The position numbers were made by a program, and so were the translations under genes. The notes under the pieces were generated by a model that was given only the letters and a program-made list of their open reading frames with translations, was not told where the DNA came from and made no database searches. Shown piece by piece: positions 43,045 to 57,694 of a stretch of 64,000 nt of DNA (its first letter is position 1; each line of letters opens with the position of its first letter). Origin of the DNA: the human T2T-CHM13v2.0 reference genome, Homo sapiens; the NCBI RefSeq assembly GCF_009914755.1, contig NC_060926.1. One strand, written 5' to 3'.

Positions 43045-44440
43045 GACAAGTCACCCTAACCACTTAATTATTAAAATCCTTCTCTGCTGAGGTCACCCTT
43101 TGGTAAGCATTCACATGGGACACACATAACTTTACGGTTTTTCCCATTCAGAAAGGCCTATCCTCTTACTCAAATTTCCTTGACACCAATTTTCCAGTCA
43201 TGTTTCTTCCACATCCCTGACCATCCAGCAAAATCATTGTCTATGGCCCGTAAATTGGTATATCATTGTGGTCTGGCTGTATCTCCTTCTAAGCAAAATG
43301 CACAACCAGGTGCATTGTCTAAAGTTTTGCCCACTGGGAGAATTTCCCTTCACCACTGTTTTTCAGGGATGTTTTAGAGAGGGCTTGTGGTGCTGTAGTT
43401 GTCCACTTTTGTGTGGTGCCTGAATCTCATACAGAACCACCTGTAAACCAGCCCTGAGTCTTCTATTTTCTGGTAAACTGGTTTGTAGAGAATTCCCTGT
43501 GAGGTCACAGGTGCATGCTGGAAGAGAGAAGGTAGAATAGCAGCAGTGGGGGCCATGGACATTCGGGCCATTTCATGTTACTTACTTATGCTTCCAGGGC
43601 CTGCTCAGGCCTCATGATGTTGTGTGCCACTTCTATGTGATGATGGAGTGTTGTGGTGCATTCCCAACTTTATGGCTTGATGGCTCAGCTGAAACCCAGT
43701 TCGTGATGGGTAGCTCAGGTCATCTGGTAACTTGATGGCCCAAGGTCTAGCATTCAGTTTCCTTTAAGGCCAAGGGCTCTCTCTCTCAAAGGAGAGTAGT
43801 TATCTGCAGATGATGGCAGGGCCTTGCTCCAAAATCCTAAAAGCTTGATCCTTGATTCCCCTATGGGGGTTTGCCAAAGGCTCAAACAGCATCTCTATCT
43901 GCCACTGACATTTTAAGTACCATTAGATCTTCCAGATCACATAGTCCAAGTGTCAGAGGAGCTTGAATGGCAGCCTAAATCTCTTGCAGAGCCTTCTCTT
44001 ATTCTGGGTCTCACTCAACACTACCAGCTTTTCGGGTTACTCAGTAAATGGGCTAGAGTAATAACATACCCAAATGAGAAATCTATTGCCTCCAAAATCC
44101 AAATAGGCCCAATAAATGTTGTGCCTTTTTCTCGGTTGTAGTAGGGGCCAGATGCAACAACTTATTCTTTACCTTAGAAGGGATATCTTGGCATGCTCCC
44201 TACCACTGGATGCCTAGATATTTCATTAAGGGAGAATGTCCCTGATTTTTAATTGGATTTATTTCCCACCTTCTGAGATGCGAATGTCTTACCAGTAAGT
44301 AGTCGTTACTTTTCCCTCACTAGGTCCAGTCAGTGTAATACCATCAATATAGTGGATCAGTGTGCTATCTTGTAGAAGGGAAAGGCAATCAAGATCCCTG
44401 TAAACTAAATTCTGATATAGGGCTGGAGAGTTGATATACC
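43045..44440 (-). mobile_element. ERV-L (class III) internal pol remnant: RT to RNase H, decayed
   Basis: Minus-strand translations [17 protein letters not shown] (from ~44438), TLIHYIDGI (decayed YIDD, ~44363-44337), WFTGGS (~43450; WFTDGS-like) and VSHVNAYQR (~43122). There is no continuous ORF. Confidence 0.88.
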
Positions 44441-44659
44441 AGAATAACATTTACTTAGCATTTGCTATATGCTGAACACTGTGCTAGTTCATGGGACATA
44501 CAGTTAAATAAAAATGTAATCAGTACTAAGGAACTTGTACTATAGCTGGGAGAGTTCAGACTCTCTTGTGTAGTTCAGGGAAATACTCAAGGCAAATATG
44601 CTTGGTGCTCTGGAATTTGTATCAAGTAAGTGTCATCCATTACCTTAAAGGAAGGGTGG

Positions 44660-45020
44660 CGAGGCAGGAGGATCACTTGAGCCCAGCAGTTTGAGACCAG
44701 CCTGGGCAACGCTGGGAGATCTTGTCTCTATAAAAAATTAGCCTGACATGGTGTCATGTGCCTGTGGTCCCAGCTACTTGGGAGGCTGAGGTAGGACAAT
44801 TGCTAGACCAGGTATTTGAGCCTTCAGTGAGCTATGATTGTGCCAGTGCACACATTCTAGCATGGGTGACAGAGTATAACTCTGAAAAAAAAAAAAGAAA
44901 GAAAAGAAAGAAGGAAAAAAAGAAAAAAGAAAAAAGAAAGAAAGGAAGAAAGAGAGAGAGAAAGAAAGAAAGGGAAAAGAAAGGAAGGAAGGAAGGAAAG
45001 TAAAGGAAGGAAGGAAGAAA
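44660..45020 (+). mobile_element. Alu (J-like), 5'-truncated, with a long GA-rich tail
   Basis: Starts at gaggcaggaggatcacttgagccc; (GAAA/GGAA)n tail from about 44885. Confidence 0.92.
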
Positions 45021-45027
45021 GAAAGAA

Positions 45028-45155
45028 AAGTGGCCATATAGTTTATCATCCAAATTGGAAGACTTTTGAGCTGGAACAGAGGCATTATTAATTGCTTCAG
45101 GTAAAGAGACTCAAATCAAGACTGTCCCAGGCAAACTTGGACCCAAGGTCTTTCT
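45028..45155. mobile_element. MER94-like hAT-Blackjack element
   Basis: gtggccatatagtttatcatccaaattggaagacttttgag...gactgtcccaggcaaacttggac matches the MER94 pattern as I recall it. Confidence 0.65.
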
Positions 45156-48057
45156 ATTCTGAGGTCCACTTCAATAGTAGTTTTGAATACAGGTGGTGAG
45201 AAAGGAGAATAACATGTCACCAACTTTTCAATTTTTTGATGAATTCTTATGTTTTACCTATCAAAATATGTATTGCCTGAAAATTAGGAATAACATAAAG
45301 TCAAAATAAAGGAATATTAATCACAGGAGCAAGATGTTTGTATGTTTAATAAGTAGATGATTTGCCATACGTTATGTGAATGTGCGTCCATGAGTGTTCT
45401 TATGAAGAATGTTCTGTTCTGAGTCCCTGTTTGAGGAGCATGATTAAGTGAAATTTGACCTGACGTCTTATACAAAGCATAGAGAAAGCTCCCCATGTCT
45501 TTCTTTCCTTGGATGGTTTTATTTTGACTCATCATGTTTTGCTTCTTGGAAAGTGTTTGTTATTCTTACTAAGTGACTTAAGGGTTTTTAGACATCACTC
45601 ATATTTGGACCAATGAGGCAAAAGCATGTGAAGGATTTACAGCTTGCATGCAAGTTTCATGTGCTGGAGGTACAGTATGTATAGACCCTACCTTTGGAAA
45701 GAGACTATTTTCTGCTGGTGAAACAGGCCTGAGGCTTTTTGGTCATTGCAGTGAGAGTGTTAGTGACTAAATACAGATGCATTTTAGTGCACTGTAATGT
45801 GATTTTAAAAATTGTTCTAACAATCAATTTACTGTTGTCATCACATCTCCTCTGATTTTCAAGTGCAAATGTAACACCATTGTTCTTATTAACAATTACA
45901 AAAAAGTTTTACCCCTTAAGTTTCCATTATAAGGGATGCATTCCTGAAGTCATGGTTACATTAAAATTCTTACTACAAATGAAGCCAGCTAAAAATGTTT
46001 ACCAACTTGAATTGAGCTCATCATGTTTTGTTTGCTGAATAGTGTTTTGTGATTTTACCAACATAAGAATGAGTCTCCAAACTATTTTTAAAAGTAGAGC
46101 TTTTACTCTAAAGAAGTGCTTGCCTCATTTTCTTCGTGCTACTCCAAACAAGATGTTGTTTATTACTTTGAAACACTATATGTAAACCCCAGGAATATGT
46201 TAAATATGATTGAAGTCTTGGCTGTCTTTAACAAATTGAAGTTTCCAGAAATTTAGCTGTGTTTAAAAACCAAAGCCATGTTTTCAGGAAAGATTTCTAT
46301 TTCCAAATATGTGGTTGCCCAAACCTTTTATGTTTTCATGTCAAATTCAGCTGCCAAATAACACACACTGTACCTTAGCTATAATAAAAAAAAAACACAA
46401 ACCAACACATAGACTTCAGATTTTAAAAAGCACTGCAAGAACAACTATGATCATATTTCTTGAACTTATGCTATTCATATGCATATAAGCATGTTTTAGA
46501 GTAAGTTCTGTGAGGCATCGGTCACTTCCACTGGTACAAATTGACATGCACAGCACAAGATTGGCACTATGCAACAGCCGATCTGGGAAAATACAGGAAT
46601 TCCTAGCCAGACCAAAATATGAGGTCAAGGAAGTTGCTTTTATAATAATAGTGGTTATCTGTTTAATGTGTGATCTGGCAGTGATATGATGTTGACCATA
46701 GGCAATTATGCATATTTCTAAACTGGTTGTATGCAAGCCTGGAGTAAGAGAAATCCCCCAGTTTGTGATAAAAGGCTATTTATTGCCCTTTTATTTCCTT
46801 CAAATGCTTTACTTAATCATTTATAAAAGACAAATTAGTAGTGAATACCAATTTCATTTTGTGTTTTATTCTGTATTCATTCCTACACGTTTGGGATATC
46901 TATTAATATGAGCTCTTAATAGTTTTGGCACAAGTTCAATGTCAACGAATGAATGATGTACACATTTTATAGTCTTCTTAAGGGATAATAATGTGGTTCA
47001 GTGACAGTGTGTCTTGATTTCTTTGGGGGCAGGGCACTCTGATATGAGTCATAAGGGATAAAGACTATTAGTTATTTTTCCCTCAGCTAGCGCAGTGATG
47101 CAAAATTTTTCTTCCATTATAGAACATTTTCTTAGAATATCAGGTTTAGTGTATAGATTAATGCTTAAGAAACTGGCTGATCACATGGGACTATCTTTTG
47201 CTTTATCCTTTCAATGTGACTGAAAATTTATATTCCATATTTTCATATCAATGACAATGTGATGACACGGCAAAGGAGTTATACTGGCTTGTTGCACACA
47301 TCAAATGTAATATTCTTTTCTTTGCAGAAAAAATATGTTTATTTTGAACAAGAGAAAAGAACTTGAGCATTTCAAGTATCAGGAAAGCTATCTGGGAGAG
47401 AATAGTGACTGGCTGCTATTTACCTACTCTGAGGGCAGAACAAAAAGCAATGGGATTGGGTTGTAGTAAAATAGGCTTAAATTAGTCTTGCAGAAGCACA
47501 TAAATAAAACACTACAATGGGTCACAATAGTTGCCCTTTTTGTTCCCAGGGACTGGGTCTACTGTACTCACCAGGATTCAACAATGGTCCCTGGCACAGA
47601 CAGGTGCTCAACCAATATTAAATGCATAAAGTGAGAGACTGGATTAGGGAGATGCTTATAGAGGCAAAGCATGAGATCCCAATGTAAGGTATAGATTTTA
47701 AGGATTAATGGTGCCATTGCTTTAGAAATTCAGTGTCATCCACAAGGAAATTAGAATTGTAAATATTGAAAAATCTCCATGGAATTTTAAATTATATGCA
47801 TATGCCGTAATTACTCCCACAATTTTCCAAATTTTCCAGACATTTCACCATTAAAGTGGTACAGTAGAAAGGATGGGAGTCTATAGCATTGGAAGTGGTG
47901 GTCTAGGAGAGTTCTGGCCCCAGCATAATTCACTACTGGTGGGGATCCAGGGCTACTAGCTGCAGTAGTTGCCTTTGAGAAGCCTCTAAAGACTGAATAT
48001 GAGATGTTAAGAGCTATGCATTGTATCTATTCTGAAGACTATTTCCTCTGAGTGCTT

Positions 48058-48072
48058 TGTGTGTGTGTGTGT

Positions 48073-48113
<41 letters not shown>
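48058..48113. repeat. (TG)n microsatellite
   Basis: Direct reading. Confidence 0.95.
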
Positions 48114-48114
<1 letters not shown>

Positions 48115-49004
48115 ATGAAAGGGAATGTGGTCAGTTACATATTATTCCTCTAATGTCCAATTGGACCTCGAAAGGACTTTATTTAAAAGATGTAAAAAAA
48201 AAAATTCCAAACAAGCAGCCAAATGTAGCTACCAGGCATTGAGGAGTTTGGAGGGCTTAGAGAAAGTATCACTTCCATCCGCATGTGGCCCACTTGACAG
48301 AAGACTAGCCAGCACCAGATTTCAACCAGAGAAGACAAGGCAGTATTTCACAGTGCCCACCGCTGGGTTGGGTTTTTGGTGGCTCAGTCTCCAGAGACTT
48401 TTGGACCAGGTCTCTGGTGAAAATGATATGTGGGGCTGATGTGGGTGGGGCCATGTCATCATTAAGAAGAAAAGCACTCCAGAGTTTATAGGTTTCATGG
48501 ACTTAGGAAAATATTTAAGACCTGATTATAATTATATTGGTTGCAAATGACAAAAACTACAAAACTCAGATTAACAAATATAAACAAATGCAATGTTGTG
48601 TCAGCTTCATTCATTGTCAAAAAGATTGCTCATAAAAATTGTCATTACATTTGAAAACAGTTCAAATGTGCATGTTGATTGCATAGAAATCACAGCTCAT
48701 TGTAAATTTGGTGTATTACTTGAGGCCTAAGTATTTCAGAAACAAAAAATGGTTTTAAAAACAAAAATTCTTTCCAAAGTTTTTCAGCAAAATGATTGTG
48801 TTTAATATGTGATATGGGTGTATTTTAATGTTTGATATAATTGGTCTCCAGGAATAATGATGCCTGGAGAGCATTGAAATAGCCTTGAATCCAGGAAACT
48901 AAGTGGGAAGAGGTAAGAGATTAGGCATATTTTAAAGGGTGCTAAAAGAGCATTACACAGGTACCACACTACTTTAGCAAGTGAGGTATCCAATGAGCCC
49001 TTTA

Positions 49005-49558
49005 CTTTCTTTGTTTCTTTTTCTTTTTTTGAGACAGTCTTGCTCTGTCACCCAGGCTGTAGTGCAGTGGCGTGATCATAGCTCACTGCACCCTTGAACT
49101 CCTGGACTCAAGGAATCCTTTCACCTCAGCGTCCCAAGTAGCTGGGACTATAGTTGTATACCTCTATGCCTGGTAATATTTTAATTTTTGTTTTATTTTA
49201 CTTTTTTATTTCAATAGATTTTTGAGGAACAGGTGGTGTTTAGTTACATGAATAAGTTCTTTAGTGGTGATTTCTGAGATTTTGGTGCACCTATCACCTA
49301 AGCAATGTACACTGTACCCAATGTGTAGTCTTTTATCTCTTGCCACCCCCTCACCCTTTCCCCATAGTCCTCAAAGTCCAATATGTCATTCTTATGCCTT
49401 TGCATCCTTATAGCTTAGCTCCCACATATGAATGAGAACATACGATATTTGGTTTTCCATTCCTGAGTTACTTCACTTAGAATAATAGTTTCCAATTCCA
49501 TCCAGGTTTCTGCAAATGCCATTATTTCATTCTTTTTTATGACTAAGTAGTATTCCAT

Positions 49559-49602
<44 letters not shown>

Positions 49603-49883
49603 AAAAACATTTTCTGTATCCTCTCATTGATTGATGCACATTTGGGCTGGTTCCATATTTTTGCAATTGCAAATGATGCTGCTAGAAACATGAGTGTGCG
49701 AGTATTTTTTTTGTGTAATGACTTCTTTTCCTCTGGGTAGATACCTAGTAGTAGGATTATTTTTTGTGGAGATGGGGTCTTGCTATGGTGCCTGGGCTAG
49801 TCTCACACTCCTGGCCCCAAGTGATCCTCCTGCCTTGGCCTCCCAAAGCCCTGGGATTACAGGCATAAGCACCACAACTGGCT
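49005..49883 (-). mobile_element. AluJ split by an L1 insertion (right arm ~49005-49190, left arm ~49757-49883)
   Basis: Two collinear Alu arms separated exactly at the A-rich linker. Confidence 0.85.
49191..49756 (-). mobile_element. L1 3' end (L1PB-like) with internal (TG)n at 49560-49599
   Basis: The minus-strand ORF track reads MEYYLVIKKNEIMAFAETWMELETIILSEVTQEWKTKYRMFS, the L1 ORF2 C-terminus, followed by the 3'UTR. Confidence 0.93.
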
Positions 49884-50844
49884 CCCCTTTACTTTCAATC
49901 AAATTGTTTATGACGTGCAATCAGATAACTTTGAAGATGAAGAATTCCATTCTTAAATATGTAGTGCTTGTTAACCAATCTAGAAAAGGAAAAGGTAAGA
50001 ATCCGACCTCAGGCAAATAATGCTGTGCAGTGCATCTTGTGATACGTGCTTTATGTAAAAATGCTTAAAATTGGTTTAATCTCTACAGTCACGACAACTG
50101 CTCATTGTTTTCAGTTGGCTACGTTTCTTTGGTGTAACAAGAACCAGTGAGTTGGGGAAGGGAGATGATAGTTCCAGTTTCAGTTAAAGAAATTGCAGGT
50201 GAAGAAGGCACAACCCTTTCTGGAACAGTTATTTCTTAGCATGCTCTGAACTTCGCTTGATGATGTGAAATGACTATTTTAAATTGTATTTTATTCCTTA
50301 TACATAATCACATTGTTTGTACATCAACAGGTAAGGGTTCACTGGTGGTTCTATTTTAGCCTACACTTAGTTATGGTTTTAGTATTCTAGAAGGACTGTA
50401 TTTGTAATTTGGTGAGTCCTTCCATGCAAGACATTAAATGTTATTAATTAATATAGTTGTCTAGTATTTAGATAGAATAAATTGCTCATTTTTATTTCAT
50501 TATCTTGTATTTTTAACATGTTTCTAACTGTGACAGACACTCAGGTACAATTATTATGTGTAATAACTTTAAGGTCCATTTTATCAATGTGCACACTTTT
50601 TGGAGATAATACTTCTAGAATGTTTGTAGCTTTCACATCTTACTCTTATTTTTGCTGTCATAAAACACTATGAAGTGTTTGTTTTAGGTATTAGTTTCCT
50701 TCTTGATAGACGAGGCAACTGGAAGGCATGGACTATTGAAATGAAGAGCAAGGTCACGGTCTTTAGTTAATCTCTAAAGAAGGGCTGCTCTCCCAATTTC
50801 CAGAAAAACTTTCCTATGGCCTTCTATGAAAAAACGGCAGGATC

Positions 50845-51174
<330 letters not shown>

Positions 51175-52477
51175 TTACTTCTCCAGCTCTCTTCTACCTC
51201 CTCAAGTTGTCCCAATTAAGAACATCTTCAGGTAAAGGCTCCATTAGGAAAGGGCCACTTGTGTCTTGTCTACCTGTGTATCCCCAGCATGTAACCTTAA
51301 TACTTACTAAAGTATTTATGGACTCAGTAAATGAGTGAATAAGTGAACGAGTGTAAAGTCTTGTAGCAGAGGTTTGTTTGTGGTCACTGGGGCTCTTTGC
51401 TGAGCTTGAGTGGTGGAGCCCCTATCTGACACACTGCACTGTCACCATCTTTGAGCACACTGTTGTTGAAGTGGCTCTCCTGGCCTCACCTTGCCTACTT
51501 TGCCCACTTCATCACTTTCCTCAGGTCAATTTGATATTTGGGTTTGGTGCAGGAGCTACTGGTTTTGATCTGTTCCTCCTTGGCATTAGGGGAGATTAGG
51601 AAGAGTGAATCCAAACAGGATTGGACAAAGTAAGTGGAAAGAGGCTCAATGACTCATAAACTGAGATGGGTTGGTGGTGTTCTAGTGAAGGTGTTAAGGA
51701 GGTTAGCTTAGTGTTGTGTTTGTGTGAGACTTCCACACCGTGTCTATGTTGTTTCAGCATCCTTCCCATTCAACACAGTTCTCTTCCTTCCCGTTCCTGG
51801 AGACAACTAGCATGCTGTTCTCCAAGAAGTGCCATTGCTGAATTCTGCCCCAGGGCAAGGCTGCTGCACTAATGAACGGTACAATAAACAGCCCTACACA
51901 ATGTGTTGTTCTGTGTGCTGTGAGGATATTGTTGAGGCCTCTGTTCTCTGCTTTATACTGTGCCTTCTCAAGGAGGGCCACAGGGACAAATTTCTCTATG
52001 GTCTCATAACCAGGAATAATGATGTCTCTCCTGGACAAATGGCTTGTTCTTTGTTTTAGGGATGCTGCAGTTCATGTAATGGATCATGTTTCCCTCTTCA
52101 TGTAGCCAGTCTGAAAGCTCAGATTCAAATTTATAGCCTACCTCTGGCAAGTGTATCAGGCTTCTTTGCAAGAATTTTGTCTCTTTTACATCACTGCATT
52201 TTCTCCTGGACTCATTTTATTTACCTACTTTAAGTTTATTTTATTTTATTGTATTGGATGCATTTAAAAAATAATACTACTTAAACCCTTTTGGGAAAAA
52301 AAAGAAGTTATAAAGAAATAAAGTTAAAGACCAGTGTGTTTATGTAACATATTTATTTTAGTTTTTAAAATAAATTCCCTGGGCCTTAATTTCACAACTT
52401 CCTCTTCTCTAATCTCAAAATCAGTCCATTGCTGTCTCACTGTCTAGTGTCATAATCCTTCCTGGATTAGCTCCCCT

Positions 52478-52571
52478 ACCCTCCCCTTCCCTCCCCTCTC
52501 CTCGCCTCTCCTCCCTTCCCCTCTCCTTCCCTTCCTTTTCCTTTCCTTCCCTTCCCTTCCCTTCCCTTCCC
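52478..52571. repeat. (CCTTC/CCCTC)n polypyrimidine repeat
   Basis: Direct reading. Confidence 0.9.
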
Positions 52572-52579
52572 ATTTCATT

Positions 52580-52745
52580 GAAAGTAAGGTGTTAATAGCA
52601 GATCTTTGCTACTGACACTTTCTAACTATGTGAACTTTGCTAAATTATTTAATCTGTTTCATTTGTAGAAAGAGTAATAATCTTTATCTTATGTGAAGGT
52701 TGTGAGGATTACATGAAATACTGTATGTAAAGTGTCCAGTAAATT
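52580..52745 (+). mobile_element. MIR
   Basis: ...ggttgtgaggattacatgaaatactgtatgtaaagtg. Confidence 0.6.
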
Positions 52746-54561
52746 ATTTGGATTTTTGTTGAAGACAGTCTTATAAGTAGAAATGCACTGTACTTGGAGT
52801 TTAAAGTCTCCACTTTTTCACTTGTTGGCTTATGCCCTTGGGCAAACCACTGGACCTCTTTGGACCACATTTTTGTCATATGTAATTTTATGGCATAGTC
52901 TAGAGAGTTTTTAGGGTTCCAGTTCCACTATTCTTGGATTCTAAGACTAGCCCCAATAACCTCTTGTGGGTGCGTCCCCACTCTGTATTCATTAGGAAAG
53001 GCACAAATATACCCACTTGGGCATAGAAAGGTGTGAGGAAAGGGAAAGGAAGGTCTGAGGCAGGAAAATGGAAAGGCCCATTGTGCTAGTCTTTATGTTC
53101 TTCACTGGTGTTGTGGCATTTGCAGTGGGTATTAGTGTCTTCTGGAATACCCTAAATTACTAATGATGATAGCCTTGACTTCAAGGAAATTTCAAAATTC
53201 ATGCCTTTGTGGATGTTGCTATATGTAGTAAATGGTCTGTAAGCTCGTTGCCTGATGACCACACACCCCATAAAAGTGAGTTATGCACTGGTGCCCGTGA
53301 GGTAGCAGTGGAACAAAGGGAGCTGCTGCTGGCAGTCAATGACCATGTTGGTTAATGACCATATTTAGTTCAATCATAGCGTCAATCAAAACAAGTGACT
53401 GTGTCCAAGATATCATTTCTATTCAGAAGCTACTGGGCAATAGAATATCCCAAAAGTGAGAGGGAGCTCAGTTATCAAGAAGATAAGTAGAGAAGCGTTT
53501 TTAATGGATGAGGTGGAAAAATAATCTACATTGACATGAAGCTACACTTATGACAATTCATCAAGATGCAGCAAAGCTTTGTGGTTAAGAGCATGGCATT
53601 TTTTTTAGTGTGCAATTTTGGCCAAGTTATTTAATTTCCTCATATCTCAGAGAGATATAGATACTAAACTCACATGATTGTTCTAAGGAAATGATATAAT
53701 TGCCTGAGAGATGTTGTCAGAGGTAACTGTTATTATTAAAACTATTAGTATTATTACAAAACTCAAATTCACACCAGCCCTCAAGGTTCTGCTACCCCTA
53801 ATCTAATAAGCTATGTAGACTGTAAGAATAAATGTTAAAAACAAATGATTAAGTCACAGAATGATTGAAGTGAAGTGGGAATACAGAAAAAAAATTTGTA
53901 ATAAATTTTTGAATCAGTGTACCATGTCTGTTAGCTTTTATTCTATCATTCTATCCCTGGGATCTTACATTAAAAAGGAAACTATCTGCTTTTGCTGTTG
54001 ACTGATTTCATTCTGTGTATATGAAGCAGGATTATAAAGACATTAGTTTCCATAAGCTACTCTGGTCCCATTTTGTCTACTTCTTTTGAAGCTTCTGTGT
54101 CCTAACTTTGTGTGGGACAAATATAAATTTGATCAGCTTGTTAAAAAAAAAAAGCATTATGACCCTGAATCCTGAAAAGTCTTTATTGTATAATATAACT
54201 TTTTAAAAAACTGTAAAAAAATCTATCAAGTTAAAATATTAAAGACAAAAAATCAGCAACCCTAAAGAAAATGAGCGGTAAGGTTCTGTGGAACTTCTGT
54301 TACAAAAATGGAGAAACCACTGAAAACTAGTTTGGTTTGAGCTCAAGTATTTTTGTCTCAATGAGCTTCAACTTTTGCTTGGTCCTCTGAAGAGTCAGTG
54401 AAATTTTGAGTTTCTAAATGATAATAGTGTATGGTAGTTGCAGCCTTAGAGCAGAGCACCTGGGAGTGGTGGTTTTCTTGTGCTTCACTCTTCGAATCTT
54501 TCAGAAGAGAAGTGAAATTGTATAATCGGAGTCTCATTAATTTACTTAGTTTTGACCTGTA

Positions 54562-54864
54562 TTTTTTTTTTTTTTTTTTTTTTTTTGAGACGGAGTCTCG
54601 CTCTGTTACCAGGCTGGAGTGCAATGGCTCGATCTCTGTTCACTGCACCTCCGCCTCTGGGGTTCAAGCAATTCTCCTGCCTCAGCCTCCCGAGTAGCTG
54701 GGACTACAGGCAAGCGCCACCACACCCAGCTGATTTCTGTATTTTTAGTAGAGATAGGGTTTCACCATGTTGGCCAGGATGGTCTCAATCTCTTGACCTT
54801 GTGATCCGCCCGCCTCGGCCTGCCAAAGTACTGGGATTACAGGCGTGAGCCACCGCGCCCGGCC
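54562..54864 (-). mobile_element. Alu (Sc-like)
   Basis: TSD tgacct(g/a)tatttt; long T tract. Confidence 0.96.
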
Positions 54865-55059
54865 TGACCTATATTTTCATGTGCAATTTATCCTACGTCA
54901 AGTCAGATGTTAGTTCATTTGGAACTGAAAACTATAGAGACAATTTCCCAGGCAACATTTTTATAGGAAAGAAATTAGGAATGAGACATAGGATCTTGGC
55001 TGCCTAACACTTAAAAAACAGGATATGAGTTTTTTTAAAAGCAGTTTGACTACATTATT

Positions 55060-55255
55060 TAGTTTTTTTATTTAAAAAATTGTGGTTCAAAATACAAAAT
55101 TTACCATCTTAACCATTTTTTGAGTGTATAGTTTGGTAGAGTTGAGTATGTGCATATTGCTGTGCAAAAGATCTTCAGAACCTTTACATTTTGCAAAGCT
55201 GAGACTCCAAAAATTAGACAATAACTCCCTATTTCTTCCTCCTTCCCAGCCTCTG
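55060..55255 (-). mobile_element. Old L1M 3' end fragment
   Basis: aaaatttaccatcttaaccattttt...gcaaagctgagactcc...caataactccctatttc. Confidence 0.75.
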
Positions 55256-56625
55256 CTTAATTCCATTTAAAGTGAAGGTATGCGTATGTTTTGTGATACA
55301 ACATGATGAGGACAGAGGCCATTTAGGTTTGCAAACCGTTTAGATTGCAAACCATAGGGATAGTGTGTACTTGCTTGAAATGTATGGACAAGTGGCAGGA
55401 ACGAGTGCCCATAGTCAGCATTTTTATTAGTTGAACTATATGAGGCTTGTTACTGGCACACTTGAAGTACCTGAAAGACAGATATTACTGATAGTTTTGA
55501 GTAGTAAGGTTTATAATTAAAATCAAAACCAGAAATGGGATAAGGTGGAAAACCCTGATACTGAAGGAGGATAAACTTTCAAATACATAATTGAGAAAAG
55601 TCATAAAATTATTTTCCATTGGGATTTTTTTTTAAGGCAAATATTCGCCTTGATATTGTGGTACTACCAGAATGCTAAAGAATATGCTAAACAGGTCTCA
55701 AGCTAGTTCCTTTCCTAGACCTTTCAAAGCTGTGCTTAAGGAATCTGGCTTGCCATAGTACAAGGCAAAATCTAAAAGCAGGAGATGTTGAAACGTGGAC
55801 TGATATTTTAGAGCCTTTATTTGCTTAAATGAAAGTACATTAAAAATGCTCAGGGTCCTGAACGGGAAATATAAACATCATGGAAAAGATTTATGTGCCA
55901 GAGAGAATATAGTAAGTTTCTGACATCCTGGTGCACTTCATTTCCACCCACTTAAAAATACAAGATGATGAGATGTCATCTTATTGGCTACCTACCATTA
56001 TAATTTTAATAGCTATCCTGTACTAATATGTTGGGTGAAATATGGTATAATAATGATGATGATGTTCACATGGTGGTGGTGACGAGAATGGTGATCACCT
56101 GAACTCCTAACTGATCCATCCTTCTATCTGATCTCTTGCCTGGTATGTCGCAAAGTTTGTAAACTTGGTGCCCAATGATACTCCCTAAGCTTTCACAGGG
56201 TTTACTTTATTTATAGACCTTATAACCTAGAGTTGCTCGAGAGGTGGTATTATTAGTGTGTTTCAGATACAGTTTACATTAAACTTGTTTTTATGTGTCA
56301 ATCTGGGAACTTAATGATTATTTATAAATTTGTTTCCTTAGTAAAGGAACAAATTTTGAACACAAATTTTGTATTTTGAACCCGAATCAAATAAATAAAA
56401 TTTTAAAGAAATGACCCTTTTTAAGTAGGAAATTATTTTGATTTGTACTTGTAATTCTATATCAGCATGTAAGAAAATATTTTAATTTGTTTTTGGAATG
56501 AAAACTATAGCTTAATTTTAATAATGGAGAACAGTAGGGCAGCTAAAAAATTAACAATATTGCATATATTAATTTCTTGATATATATTGTTTGAATTAAT
56601 TAAACACAAAGTCATTTATACTTAG

Positions 56626-56957
<332 letters not shown>

Positions 56958-57694
56958 TGATGTTCTTTCTTATTTTGTTTTTAAAGTTAATTTTTATGAC
57001 TCTGAACTCACATATTTTGTCTACTCTGGATTTATTCTGAGTGGTCGGGAGAGTTAACCTAAAATTAAAATTTTAAATTAAAAAAATTTAAAATATATTT
57101 CAAGTATTCTACAAATTAGTTGGCCCAAGCACAGATAATCGGGTATTACATGTTGATAGGTTACCGAAAAATGTGACAGAGAGGAATAAATAGTTGTTGT
57201 GAACTATTTAACTAGATCTGGGTTTCTCCTGAGGGTTGTTTATTTTGTTTGTTTTTAAGGTCTTTCCTATCATGGGGTATATAGAGATAACTCCATTATT
57301 AATTGTAACATACTGCCATATGAAGAAAAACCATATGTGACATTTCTCTCCATCTCTCGCCTCACTGATTGCCTGGATTGATCAGCTGATTTGGACTCTA
57401 CGCCTGAGTTCTATTTCCTTTTCACATTCCCATCTGGTTTTCTCCCATGTGGTTGATGAGGACAGCCTTCCTGGCTGGAGGAAGATTGTTTTTAAGACAA
57501 GCGCTGCACTCCTCTATGAGGACCAGAGCTAATTCAGTGAGCACACTCTGACCAGAATTGTCATCTACCACTTGGGAACACCAAACAATGTAGAAAGGTC
57601 CCAGGGGACAGAAGAAGTGGCACCAGATTAGAGCCCTAGAGATGTGGTGAATGGGTTCAATGAAACCATAATAATTTCATCAATAATTACCAAC

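Noticed and set aside
49415-49672. 85-aa ORF resembling a real protein
   Set aside because: Decayed L1 ORF2 C-terminus interrupted by a (CA)n tract.
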